A stretch of 62,897 nucleotides of DNA, counting the filler, from Pelomyxa schiedti (lineage: Eukaryota; Protista; Evosea), in assembly GCA_020536535.1 (NCBI GenBank). It is 7 parts of 7 records of this genome, joined end to end, with 100 filler letters (N's around TTAATTAATTAA, not from the genome) between each part and the next. Parts side by side here need not be neighbours in the genome. Positions count along the whole stretch, not along the records: positions 21,633 to 26,199 come from JAHLWZ010001582.1; positions 26,300 to 36,296 come from JAHLWZ010000271.1; 5 more parts are not named here. The stretch is one strand, 5' to 3'. Positions within the stretch are counted from its first letter, which is position 1; each line of letters opens with the position of its first letter. The notes beneath the pieces were generated by a model, which had not been told where the DNA came from, did not search any database, and worked only from the letters and a program-made list of their open reading frames with translations. A program made the translations under genes and the position numbers. Of this stretch, positions 21,751 to 33,038 are shown piece by piece.

Positions 21751-23160
21751 ACGTGCACGGACGAGCGAAAAACGAACGTCAGCGAAACAGACAAGGTGAC
21801 GTTCGAGCCACTCGTCGACGCACGGTCTCAATTTATGACTCTGTGGGTGCGGTGTGATGGTCGCAAGGTGCACCAACAGAAACAACGGCACACCTCCGCT
21901 TCGTGTTCTTGCGGGCAACCCAAACGTGGTGGCCGACGAACTGGGAAAGAAGTGGGTGGTGTGTTGGTGCTGGACTGTGGCTGTCACTGTTCACCTCTGT
22001 GGCACTGATGAGGCCGTGTACGGCGTGGGTGATGGGACCGGTTTCGTTCATGGGGGAGCGAGGAGGTCAGGGGTCGACGTGTGCATGGGTCTGTCGCCGA
22101 CCCTCGGGGTTGTGTGGGCCAGGTGGCATGACTCTGTGGCAACCAGCATCCCTTGTTGCATCCCTGGGACCAGGTCTTATGTTGTGAGCACAAACGACGT
22201 GGTGGAGGAGGGTTCTGTCAGCGCAATAAATGCTGTTGAAGTAAGGCGTGGTCTTGCTGTTGGTGGTTGTGGAGATGACAGCGACTGTGGGTCAAGTGGG
22301 CCATGTGAGGCTCTCGTTCGATTTCTTGGTTACAGCCTTCCAGCGTGTGCCCGCCGTGTTACAGGTGCAACAGCAAGTGGATGGTGCTGGTTGGTTCCTC
22401 ACACCTTGTGATTTGGAGGATTGAAAACCGCGCATCCGTTGGCAGCTGCAATGTGCCTTGGGGAGCGGGTGTATCTGGATTCCCAGTTGGGGCCAGGTTC
22501 CCTCGGTTTGGCCCACCAGATGGTGATGTTCTTGCAGTTATTGCACAGGATTCTGATCATACTGACTGCTTGTTCTTCGTCGACCTGGGAACAAGTTACA
22601 CCAGCAGTTCCTTGCATGTCTTGAGGAGGTTAACGTTGCAGCCACATCCCACGAACATAATGTGGGTATCCCCGAATGAAATTCTCTCCATCCATGGTGA
22701 CCAGGAGATAAGCGGGCAAGTTGGGGGATGTAATTCCATTTGCATAAACAACACAGTCACTGGGTGCACCGTGAAACAGAGCCGTAGCTTTCCACAGTCC
22801 ACTTACAGAGCTATCTTCAACACAGGCCCATCACACGTGATTGCCGTGAGACAGCACGAGCGCCCCACTGTGGATAGAACAGACCTCCGCCGTGTCTCTG
22901 AGGTGTTCAGAACCTCTGATTTGTACACACCCTGCAACGTGCACGTGGACTCGCATCCAATTTTTTCAGCAGACATGAGCGATTGCGGAGTTTACATCTC
23001 TGTGGCGCCATTGTTGTCAAATGAAGGGAAGTGCATCAGGCACACAATCAAAGACACAGTAACTGGGTATCAACTGGTGGCAGTTACACACAGCCACACT
23101 ACAGCGGCCTCACCAACAAGCCCAGTTTCACCTTCAAACAACCCTTGCATCCTCATGTAA
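21751..23160 (+). pseudogene. Divergent relative of the header/beta-rich superfamily with two frameshifts
   Basis: Segments ARSQF...MVARC...ELGKKWVV...MGLSPTLGVV, CNSKWMV and FFVDLGTSYTSSSLHVL are split over three overlapping ORFs (shifts at ~21845 and ~22340). A possible mutated start (ACG) is at 21751. Confidence 0.6.
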
Positions 23161-23467
23161 CCTCATGCCCACATTCAAGAAATGTTTTTAAGTGGGAAAA
23201 TTACTGCTAGGAGCATTAAAAACAAATCAACATGGTGATGGGATCCGAGTCGCCGCCGTCGTCGTCGTTCTTCACATAATCCGTAAATACTGGTGTAATG
23301 CGGAGACTTCTAATACAGGTTGAATGGAAAAAAGAACTGGAGGCGTAATTATACTTATTTAATAATTTTAAACTTAATTATTATTTAATAATAAAGAAGT
23401 TAATACATTATAATATAAAACGATTCGTTAGAATAAAATCAAAAACACTCCGATAAATAAAATAATT

Positions 23468-23899
23468 ATGTGTGAGAGCAGGACTGGAAAGCTGTTTGTG
23501 CCACCGAGTGTAAACGCTGATGCAGTTTACAACGAGGCTGAGTATTACCAGATACCACTTCCTGAGAGACCACCAACACAGCCACAACAACAACAACAAC
23601 AACCACCACCAGCAGTCATTCATGACTACTTTACCCTCCGTGTGGTCAACAACTCGGAGTGGCGCAACCAGGAATTTGTGAGAGACATCAATGTGGACAT
23701 TGAAATTGAGCCTACAGACAGTGAGTTGAAGGAATTTCTGTACAGCATGCCACTCAAGGAGCTGGGCACCCAAGGCACCCCCAAAGTGGTGACACACATC
23801 GAGGCACACAGTGCATGGAGAGTGAGGAGCTGGACCCACCAGGATTCCAATGGTGTCACTGAGGTATACCTCATCAAGCCTTCTTCATCATCATCTTGA
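23468..23899 (+). CDS. Exon encoding the C-terminal half of a KCTD/T1-type BTB domain plus a short C-terminal domain; upstream exon not found
   Basis: RTGKLFVPPSVNADAVYNEAEYYQIP matches the end of T1-BTB domains; a CAG acceptor precedes RTG. Confidence 0.55.
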   Translation: MCESRTGKLFVPPSVNADAVYNEAEYYQIPLPERPPTQPQQQQQQPPPAVIHDYFTLRVVNNSEWRNQEFVRDINVDIEIEPTDSELKEFLYSMPLKELGTQGTPKVVTHIEAHSAWRVRSWTHQDSNGVTEVYLIKPSSSSS

Positions 23900-24039
23900 A
23901 CAACAAAACAAATGTGTTTTAGAAGTAACTTACTCTTTGTGAGGTCATTACCTTGGAGTTATGTTGGCCACGGTTTTTTCCTCGAAAAAAACAAACTTTG
24001 ATTGTAGATGTCCAACTCAGTGACAAACTTTTTTTGTAG

Positions 24040-26199
24040 ATGTCGACAAAGCCAGGCGTCGTCGAATTTGTTGACAACGCGGTGCAACCCGGTGGTGTGT
24101 ACACTGGACGTATTGTAAACAACATGCCAGATGGCAGGGGCAAGTTCACGTACATGGACACGGGTGAGGTCCAGAATACCTACGACGGCGGCTGGAGCGA
24201 CGGCCTGAGGAACGGCCGGGGGGTGCTCACATGGCCAGACGGTGGTACCTACGACGGCGAGTGGAAGAACGACGCCCAAGACGGGTGGGGCGTGCAGCAC
24301 TGGCCAAACGGCTCGTGGTACGAGGGGCTGCTCCGTGGTGGGTACTTGCGCAGGGGGACGTGGCACGACCCCAACGGCGTTGACGTGAAGGAGGGCGAGT
24401 GGGTGCGGGATGCCTCGGCACAATCTCACAACATGCAAGGATGGGGAGCGTGGAGGAAGAGGATGACCAGGGGTGATGATGGGAGGTACATCGAGGCCAC
24501 AACGAACCAACCTCCTCGTGGTGGTGGTGACGCGGTGGTGCCACAGGCCGGCGCCACCACAGAGGCGATGGTGACTTTGTATGAGGGTGAGTGGTACAAA
24601 GGTAAGATGCATGGGCATGGAATGTGGAAGAGTGAAGAGACAGGCACCATCTGGTGTGGTGAGTTTCAACACGGTGCTCAAAATGGAAAAGGGAGGATGC
24701 TCATTGGTGAGAACAGCCCCCTCAACGACCCAGGAGGGAGCTACGTGGGTGAGGTGAGGGACTGGGAGTTCCACGGGGAGGGTGTGAGGTTGTGGTCAAA
24801 CGGTGACAGGTATCAGGGAAACTGGGTGGATGGCATGGAGCACGGTAACGGGACGAAGAAGTGGGCCAGGGATGGGTCATCATTCACTGGTGTGTGGGAA
24901 AGGGGTGTCCCCGTGAAGGGAACAATGGAGTGGCCAAACGGTGACACGTTCACTGGCACATTCACAGAAGAAGAAGTTGCAGAACCAAAGCAAGGTGGAG
25001 AAACGAGGAGAATCCGTGGTGAGGGTGTCATGTCACTCTCACCGTCACTGTCGTTGGGTGAAAGCAACCAGTGGAAGGGAATCTGAAAGGAAACACATTC
25101 CATGGAGCTGATGGAGTTGCTTTGCATGTGTTGGGATCGTCGCTGCCACAGTTGTTGGTTGAGAGCCAACGGATCAAAGTATTTTTGTTCCTCCCACACA
25201 ATAAACAGCAACTAAAAGAAAAAACCCAGAAACTGAAGGAGGAACACAACAGAGAGAGGGAAATTGAAAGAAATCAATGGAACACTGAAAGAACACAATT
25301 GCAGAACCTGCTGAACATTGCAGAAAAAAAGATAAAGGCATGCTTTTAAACTCTAACATTTAGATAGTAACCTCTCGTTTCACTCAAGCAAAATGAAGAA
25401 GCTTATGGAGTGCTTGGTGTGAATGAAACAAACCAGCAACAACAAATGTGGTCAGAGGCACTTTGTGAGTTGTCCACAGCATTCAAGGTGGCAACCAAGT
25501 TACGATCACAGTTGCAAAAAGCAGCACCTCTGTTGGTCTCACTTGAGCATTCAGTTTCAGTGCTGAAGCAGTTCCTTGAAAGTGCCACAGAAAGGAACCT
25601 TTCACTTGAGGTTCACTTGAAAGACCTGTCAACTCTGAGGAAGGAACTTGAAAAAGCAGTTGATGAGTCAGACTCAAGGTGCAAGCAAGTTCTTGGGCAA
25701 ACACTGACAGTGGAGAGCAGCGAGTCAGAGATACAGCAGTGCTCCAGGACCCTCTCATCATTGATGAAGAAGCTTCTGGAAATCAAGACATTGTCATCAT
25801 TGTCAGGGAACACTGAAGAAAAAGAACGAGGAACACGAGCAGTTCCAACCAAAGGTAAATTCCAGCCACATATTTACCCAGTCTTCAGCTTATGCACCCC
25901 TACAGACATCAACAACTTGATGGCTCTCAAACCATGGTTGCTGAACTCTCTGGAACCTCCTCCACCCTCCTCTTCCTCCACCTGTGTCCCTTTAAGCTTG
26001 CTGTTGAGAGAGATCACAACTGACACAGTGTTGTCGACTCAAGGGGGGGGATGCAACGACTTCGACAAGTGCCACACAGTCATTGACCAACACACAGTGT
26101 TACACAAGGAGTGCACCTCCCAGGCAGCACTTGGTCAGAGGCTCCACAAGGAAATCGAGGATCTCCTTTCAACGTGCCAGGGGCTCAACGAGGCACACA
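24040..26199 (+). CDS. MORN-repeat protein with C-terminal coiled coil; 3'-truncated by a gap
   Basis: Repeated YxGeWxxgxxxGxG units (YDGGWSDGLRNGRG, YDGEWKNDAQDGWG, YQGNWVDGMEHGNG). The frame changes near 25025-25071 (short intron or frameshift), and coiled-coil exons follow. Confidence 0.85.
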
Positions 26200-26299
26200 N
26201 NNNNNNNNNNNNNNNNNNNNNNNNNNNNNNNNNNNNNNNNNNNTTAATTAATTAANNNNNNNNNNNNNNNNNNNNNNNNNNNNNNNNNNNNNNNNNNNN
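26200..26299. other. Artificial contig linker
   Basis: TTAATTAATTAA at 26244-26255 within Ns. Confidence 0.97.
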
Positions 26300-27286
26300 A
26301 TGGGAGTCACGAGGGAAATTAAGCTGCACAACTGCTGGCCCTGGGATAAGTTCCCCCGCGGACCAATTCCCATAAGCCCGTCACACGTTGTACTCACCGA
26401 GTCGATAACAGCCGACTTGGTACAGAACTCACTGCTCAACGTGATGACTCAGCAGAGGCAGTTGATGTTGTCTGGCAAAAGATTCGGTGTGACGAGTGCA
26501 CAAAGCAGCAACAACAAGTGGTGGGTGCGTTGCGATGGTGACGGCACACTGGCAATTGCAAGCCTGATTCTGATTATGGGTAATACTGGTGGGGGTAACG
26601 CTGGAAACGACATCGAAAAGGTGAAAGTGGTGGAAATATCGATGGAGTTCCCCAAAGTACCAGAACTGAAATGTGCCTCAGTTTCATTCTCCATGAAGAC
26701 TCCCAATGAGTTGGTTCTGGTGATGCACGATTCCGCGAGGACAAGAAACATCCTTGCTGTGGTTGATGTTGAGAGGACATTCACATCCAATAAGCTTGCC
26801 ATTTTGAGCATCATCACGTGTCTTGCAACAGCCCGAGGTTCCATTGCAACCTCCTGCGTTTGCATGACAAAATCAACTGGTCAGCGTTCCTTGTTTGTGA
26901 AAGGGCACTATCTTGCAACGGGCCGTGCCACTGTTTATGAAGTTGTCGGGGAGCCTGATGGTGAGATGGTGCCGATTTCCAATCACGTTGGGGGACTGTC
27001 ACAGTTGAGTTCCTCACTGTTTTGCATCGCAAAGAGTGGTGGATGTGTTGCTGAGATTTGGGATTGTCACAACACTTCATCACCACTGAAAGTGATTGAG
27101 GCCATGCCGCAGTCGTCACTGCTGGCACTGGTGCTGGCACACCCAGAGGTTACCTTTCAGAAATCCCAGACCTCATACAAGAATAACAGCATTGAGGTTT
27201 TTGTTGCTGCATCCAAGATTGGAACACTCTTGTTTCCCTCTCAAACAAGTGAGTTTGGTTGCTTTACCTTGTCACACACCACATAA
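26300..27286 (+). CDS. Header/beta-rich family member 1 (5' end in the gap), intronless
   Basis: MGVTREIKLHNCWPW, SSNNKWWV, VVDVERTF, LSQLSSSLFCI, EIWDC; close paralog of the next gene. Confidence 0.8.
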   Translation: MGVTREIKLHNCWPWDKFPRGPIPISPSHVVLTESITADLVQNSLLNVMTQQRQLMLSGKRFGVTSAQSSNNKWWVRCDGDGTLAIASLILIMGNTGGGNAGNDIEKVKVVEISMEFPKVPELKCASVSFSMKTPNELVLVMHDSARTRNILAVVDVERTFTSNKLAILSIITCLATARGSIATSCVCMTKSTGQRSLFVKGHYLATGRATVYEVVGEPDGEMVPISNHVGGLSQLSSSLFCIAKSGGCVAEIWDCHNTSSPLKVIEAMPQSSLLALVLAHPEVTFQKSQTSYKNNSIEVFVAASKIGTLLFPSQTSEFGCFTLSHTT

Positions 27287-27343
27287 CCCTCTTCCGTTGA
27301 ATCAATTTGTGAGATTAAAGTTGATTTCCGTGAAGGAATTGAA

Positions 27344-28770
27344 ATGCAGCGATCATCTCTGTCGGCGTCGATCTGGGGTGTGTTGTCCTCACTGCACGCG
27401 CGCAAACAACTCCACGCTTTTGCGATGGCATCCCACAATCGGTGCGGTGCGTCGAGCCCAGCCCGCCACTTCGTGTCTCTGACTAGTTCGCCATTGTGGG
27501 ACTGGTGCCTCCACGACACCGAGGTTGTGTACGGCGTTGTTGTTGCGTTGCAAGAGACGAACTGCCTGTGCTACTTCACGTTTGGGGTGTCGTGCGCACT
27601 TATGGGAGTCACGAGGTCGATCAAGCTGCACAACTGCTGGCCCTGGAAGAGAGTTCTCCCCAGACCGATTCCCATAAGCCCGTCACACGTGGTTCTCACC
27701 GAGTCTACTCGCAACACGTTCAGATACTCACTGGTCAACGTGGTTACTCAGCAGAAGCAGTTGATGTTGACAACCACTCACGCAGTGGGCGAGANNNNNN
27801 NNNNNNNNNNNNNNNNNNNNNNNNNNNNNNNNNNNNNNNNNNNNNNNNNNNNNNNNNNNNNNNNNNNNNNNNNNNNNNNNNNNNNNNNNNNNNNATAAGC
27901 CCGTCACACGTGGTTCTCACCGAGTCTACTCGCAACACGTTCAGATACTCACTGGTCAACGTGGTTACTCAGCAGAAGCAGTTGATGTTGACAACCACTC
28001 ACGCAGTGGGCGAGATGAGCACACAAAGCAGCAACAACAAGTGGTGGGTTCACTACGACAACGACGGCAGGCTGACCGTTGCGAGCCTGGCAAAAATTAT
28101 GGGTGGCTGTGGTGGAAGCATCGAAAAGGTGGGAATTGCGGTTGAGACCGAGGCAGAACTTACGTGTGCCGCAATTGCATTCAGCAGGGGGATTCCTAAT
28201 GAAGCAGTTTTGGTTCTGCGCGACCCTGGTAAAAAGAGCAATTTGCTTGTGGTTATTGACGTTGAGAAGACGTACACAACCAAGAAGCTGGCTGTTTTGA
28301 GCTTCACAAAGTGCAACGCAACTCCAGGTTCCATTGCATACTGCATCTTCATGATGAAATCCACTGCTGGTCAGCAGCAGCGTGCCTTGTTTGTGAAGAA
28401 TTTCGATTCACCGAACTGTGCCTCTGTGTATGAGGTAACGGAGTCTCTTGGGGAGATGGTGAAAATTTCCCGCAACGCAGAGACGCTGGCACAGCTGAGC
28501 TCCTCATTGTTTTCTATCACAAAGATCGGCGGCTCTGCGGAGATCTGGGATTGCAACAACACCTCGGCGCCAGTGAGAGTCATCAATGCCAGGCTGCTCT
28601 CTGAACTGACAGCGATGGCATTCCCAGAGTTCATCTTCCATCAGTTCACACTAGAGCTCCCAGACCAGAAGTATTTCATTCGGATCTCTGCTGCCTCCAC
28701 TGGAATGAAAGTTGGCATACTCTCACTTCCCTCTGAAATTCGTTTCTTTGACGTTTTCGCCTTAAGTTGA
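27344..28770 (+). CDS. Header/beta-rich family member 2 (spans a false gap), intronless
   Basis: Header ARKQLHAFAMASHNRCGASSPARHFV...PLWDWCL. The ORF becomes continuous when the 121-nt duplicated flank is merged. Confidence 0.82.
27795..27894. other. Assembly gap with duplicated flanks (27674-27794 = 27895-28015)
   Basis: Identical 121-nt sequence on both sides of N100. Confidence 0.9.
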
Positions 28771-28887
28771 AACAACCTGACACTAATTATATTATATTTT
28801 TCAGTGATTTCACCCTTACCAAGAGAGAGGAGAGGAAGGAAGAGGGGTACCCCCTCCTACTCCAAAGTCTACCCAAGAGAGATAGAA

Positions 28888-30147
28888 TCAGGAGGATGAG
28901 GTAACAACAGTGCAAGATTCAATTTCTATGGGTAAAGTGATGGTTCCCAGGAGGAAACCACTGGAATCTGTAACGTCAAAGGCTTGCTTTGTTGGTTTTC
29001 TGTGGAAGATGAACCCTGATCGGGAAATGGCCAGAGGTGGGTCACTGTTGACCACCTGACTAGCAGCAGGAAAACCTTGCATAACTCTCAGTGGAATTGA
29101 AGACTTGTCCCAGATTTCCACAGTGCCAGAATCCTTCAGGATGCAAAACAAGAAAGTGCTCAACTGTGACAAGCACTGAACGTTGCCAGAAATCCACCTG
29201 TATGCACCCACGCCTTCTGCAATTTCAACCACATCATTGGAATCTGGAGGCAGCTGCACCTGACAAATAATGACACGATCACCATTGGCTTTGTTCATGA
29301 GGAGGCTGGAGGAACGCAAAGGGAACAGGCACTCTGTCATGCTCAACACAGAAGCACTCCCTGTTGTAAACGTATTGTTGACATCGATCACAAGGAGGAA
29401 TTGACTCACATCTACACGAAGCATCAAAACTGCTTCATCTGGTGCATAATTGTTGAATGCAATGCCTATGCACTCGAACCATAAGGACTCCTCCAAGATT
29501 TGATGGCAGTGGCGAAGCTTTACTTTACAACCAGCATCACAGTGTCTACAAAATTTACTCTTCTTCTGATGATGAGGAAGAAGACTACTACACTTTGGAG
29601 CCTCCAAATCACCCTTGCCCAGCAGCAAGCTCAAGTTAACAACCACAAGTGTTCTCTTCCTTAATCCGCCGTAATAATGCAGCCACCACTTATGATTGGC
29701 GCGGTGGACGATATTATCAGTGTTGTGGGTTGCCTCGCTCAGCAGCCACCTGCGCTTCCCAGTCACCACGTCCAGCAGAGAGAAGCTCTGGGTGCGCGCA
29801 GCCATCTTCGTGACGACCAGCCGGTCTGGGTCCACCACTGCAGGGGGGCCCTGCCTCGCGCCCAGGCACCAGCTCCCGCGCGACGCCGCTTCCCTGGTCA
29901 CGCTCATCAGCGTCGGCGACACCCCGAAGGTGTAGTAACTCGCGGAACGGGTCCCCGGCCCGGAAACCACCAGCAGGCCAAAGACGGACTCGGAGTCGGG
30001 GCCGAGGCACCAGTCCCACAATGGCGCGGTTGCGAGCCTGGGCAGAGACACGAAGTGGCGCGCTGGGCTCGACGCTCCGCACCGATTGTGGGACGCCATC
30101 ACCAACGCGAGCAGTTGTTCTCGGGCACGCGGTGCATTGAGCATCAT
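28888..30147 (-). CDS. Header/beta-rich family member 3, intronless
   Basis: MMLNAPRAREQLLALVMASHNRCGASSPARHFV; ANHKWWLHY; LSQLSTFLFCI; VTDSSGFLLGTITLP. Confidence 0.85.
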   Translation of the reverse strand: MMLNAPRAREQLLALVMASHNRCGASSPARHFVSLPRLATAPLWDWCLGPDSESVFGLLVVSGPGTRSASYYTFGVSPTLMSVTREAASRGSWCLGARQGPPAVVDPDRLVVTKMAARTQSFSLLDVVTGKRRWLLSEATHNTDNIVHRANHKWWLHYYGGLRKRTLVVVNLSLLLGKGDLEAPKCSSLLPHHQKKSKFCRHCDAGCKVKLRHCHQILEESLWFECIGIAFNNYAPDEAVLMLRVDVSQFLLVIDVNNTFTTGSASVLSMTECLFPLRSSSLLMNKANGDRVIICQVQLPPDSNDVVEIAEGVGAYRWISGNVQCLSQLSTFLFCILKDSGTVEIWDKSSIPLRVMQGFPAASQVVNSDPPLAISRSGFIFHRKPTKQAFDVTDSSGFLLGTITLPIEIESCTVVTSSS

Positions 30148-30236
30148 GATGGTATGAATAAGTGAGTTTTCGCGGAAGTTAATGATGCAGAAGGAGGGAC
30201 AAACAGTTTTATTTGTGGAAATCATTCATCAGCGTT

Positions 30237-31478
30237 TCAAGAGGCACCAGCAGTGAACGAATCAATCTCTATGGGTAAGGTGATGGTGCCCAGGAGGAAC
30301 CCAGTGGAGTCTGTCACGAAAACGGATTGCTTGGTTCTTTTTCGGCGGAAGATGAAGCCTGATTGTGAAATGACCAGAGGTGGTTCAGAAGAAGTACGGT
30401 AGTGCAGAATCCGCAGTGGTTTTGAGGAGTGAAAATCCATCCTGCAGTCCCATACTTCGACATCTGAAGAAATCTTCAGGATGCAAAACAAGAAAGTGCT
30501 CAACTGTGACAATCCCTGAACGTGACCAGAAATAAAGCTGCATTCACCAACACCTTCTTCAACTTTAACCACATAGTCATCACCAAAATGTGGAATCATC
30601 TGAACTTGGCAAATTAACACACGATCACCACCATTATTGGCTTTGCTCATGAGGAGGCTGGAGGAACGCAAACGAATCACACCAACGAAGAACTGGCACT
30701 TTGTGATGCTAAGCACAGAAGCCCTCCCTGTTGCAAATGTTTTGTTGACATCGATCACAAGCAGGAAGTGACTCCTGCCCACAAGAAGCATCAAAACTGC
30801 CTCATCTGGTGCTGCTTGTTTGTTGAACGCAATCCCTGCGCCCTCAACAAACAAGGAATCCGCCAAGATTTTATCACAGTGAGAGATGTCGACTTCAGCA
30901 CAACCATCACAGCAGTGCCGATTCTGTATACAGCTGCGTGATTTGCACCCTCCAGCCCCCACAGGATCCCCACCCAGCAGCAGCAGGCCCAAGTTAACAA
31001 CCACCAGTGCTCCGCGGTCGTAATGCAGCCACCACCTGTGATTGGCACAATGGACGCTTTCGATATCCGCGGCAGAGCCGTGCTCGCTCAACATCCACCT
31101 GCTCTTCCCAGTCACCACGTCCAACAAACAGAAGCTCTGGCTTCGCCCCTCCTTCTGTGTTACAACCAGGTGGCTTGGATCAGCGACGTGGGTCGCCCAC
31201 AGGCACCAGCTCCCGCGCGGCGTCATTTCCCTGGTCACGCTCATCAGCGTCGGCGACACACCGAATGTGTAGTAACTCGCTGAGCGATTCCCCGGCGTCG
31301 AAACTAAAAGACCAAGAACGACCTCGGAGTCTGGGCCGAGGCACCAGTCCCACAATGGCGACGACGACGTGGCGAGGGCACGCACGAAGTGGCGCGCGGG
31401 GCTCGACGCGCCGCACCGATTGTGGGACGCCATCACCAACGCCAGGATCTGTTCGTGTGCGCGCTGTGCAGCCAGCAT
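30237..31478 (-). CDS. Header/beta-rich family member 4, intronless
   Basis: MLAAQRAHEQILALVMASHNRCGASSPARHFV; close paralog of members 3 and 6. Confidence 0.85.
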   Translation of the reverse strand: MLAAQRAHEQILALVMASHNRCGASSPARHFVRALATSSSPLWDWCLGPDSEVVLGLLVSTPGNRSASYYTFGVSPTLMSVTREMTPRGSWCLWATHVADPSHLVVTQKEGRSQSFCLLDVVTGKSRWMLSEHGSAADIESVHCANHRWWLHYDRGALVVVNLGLLLLGGDPVGAGGCKSRSCIQNRHCCDGCAEVDISHCDKILADSLFVEGAGIAFNKQAAPDEAVLMLLVGRSHFLLVIDVNKTFATGRASVLSITKCQFFVGVIRLRSSSLLMSKANNGGDRVLICQVQMIPHFGDDYVVKVEEGVGECSFISGHVQGLSQLSTFLFCILKISSDVEVWDCRMDFHSSKPLRILHYRTSSEPPLVISQSGFIFRRKRTKQSVFVTDSTGFLLGTITLPIEIDSFTAGAS

Positions 31479-31584
31479 CAGCCCCGCTCTTTTGGTTCGC
31501 TCTTCAGAGAAGATAAGCAGGTGAAAACCAGGAATCTCTTGCCATTCTAAATCTAGATTCACTAGCCAACAACTTTTCTTTGTT

Positions 31585-32889
31585 TCAAGGGAGTGCATTC
31601 ACACGGAATTGGGACCAGAGTGTGTCCAACTCAAAGGTGGCAACATACAAGCCAGTGGAGTCAGTCACATCAACGCTCTCATATCCATGCTTGTGGAACA
31701 GGAACCCTGATGCAGCAACCACACGAGATTCCACACCAACGTGCCTTGCTGGCAGAACCCTTAGTGGGGCTGTGGTGTTGTTGCAATCCCAGATTTCAAT
31801 CATCTGACATCTGTTCTTTGTGATGCAGAACAGAGAACCACTGAGCTGTGACAACTGGTTTGTGTCGCGGCAGAGTATCCTCATGGAACCATCATGAGCG
31901 TACTCTTTTACTTCATACACCGTGTTGGAATTCCTTCCAGTGCACAACTCCACAAAGATACCACGCTCACCGTTGGATTTTCTCAATGCAACCGCTGATT
32001 CGAAGAACTTGAAGGCTGATGGAAGCACACACTTGGTCAAACTCAACACTGTGAGGTTCCTTCTCCTGTATGTCTCGTTGATATCAACAACCATGAGAAT
32101 CAGGCCGTGAGGGGCGAAGGAACCTTCAAGAATCACCAGTAATGCTTCATCTGGAACATTCTTGTTGAATGAAATAGAGGTGCACTCGTTGCCATCAGCA
32201 AACACATCACTCAAAACAACAGCAGCATCGTCATCATCACCCTCACGATGTGCCGATGCATCAGCAGCGAGATAACTATTGCGATTGCCATTTCCATTGC
32301 AGTGGCTGTGATGATGATCACCAACTGGGAGGACGCTGGCCACCGCCAATATCCCTCCATTGCTGTGCACCCACCACTTGTGGTTCCCGCCATCCACATG
32401 ATTGACAGTGTAGGTCTCAGTCAGCAACAGACGGCCCAGCTGGTGCCTCTGCTGCCGCTGCTGCTCTGTTGGTTTGCCAATGTCACTCAGGAAGAACATC
32501 GCGACTCCGTCGTCCTCGTCGGCGTACTTGCTGACCAGGAGGCCGCAGCTCAGAAGGGAGTCGTGCCTGCTGTTGGCAGGAATTTTCGCTGGAATCCACG
32601 TGTTGTGGAGCGTCAAGCCCCTCGTGACGCTCGACAGCGCCGAAGAGATCCCAAACGTGAAGTAGCGCCTCCTTTCGAATCGGCACGTGGCGGTCGTGGC
32701 ACCAAACACGACCTCGGTGTCGCGGAGGCACCAGTCCCACAATGGCGCGGTCGCGAGGGGCGGGAGGGACACGAAGTGGCGGGCTGGGCTCGACGCACCG
32801 CACCGATTGTGGGATGCCATCACCAACGCAAGAAGTTGTTCTCGTGCCATAAGTGTGGTCGAGGCTGCGGTTGTTGTTGCCGACATCAT
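31585..32889 (-). CDS. Header/beta-rich family member 5, intronless
   Basis: AREQLLALVMASHNRCGASSPARHFV header; more divergent body with NHKWWVH, LSQLSGSLFCI and EIWDCNN. Confidence 0.85.
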   Translation of the reverse strand: MMSATTTAASTTLMAREQLLALVMASHNRCGASSPARHFVSLPPLATAPLWDWCLRDTEVVFGATTATCRFERRRYFTFGISSALSSVTRGLTLHNTWIPAKIPANSRHDSLLSCGLLVSKYADEDDGVAMFFLSDIGKPTEQQRQQRHQLGRLLLTETYTVNHVDGGNHKWWVHSNGGILAVASVLPVGDHHHSHCNGNGNRNSYLAADASAHREGDDDDAAVVLSDVFADGNECTSISFNKNVPDEALLVILEGSFAPHGLILMVVDINETYRRRNLTVLSLTKCVLPSAFKFFESAVALRKSNGERGIFVELCTGRNSNTVYEVKEYAHDGSMRILCRDTNQLSQLSGSLFCITKNRCQMIEIWDCNNTTAPLRVLPARHVGVESRVVAASGFLFHKHGYESVDVTDSTGLYVATFELDTLWSQFRVNALP

Positions 32890-33038
32890 GGTGATTTTTG
32901 TGAGTTTTCTTTGTGTTTTGACTGGTTTTTTTTTTTTTTTTGAAATCTCACATTAGCATACGACGTTGCCATTGCTGCACATTCCTGAAAGAAAAGATGC
33001 AGGTACTCCATAGCACAAACTTTATTGTGTGATGGGAA

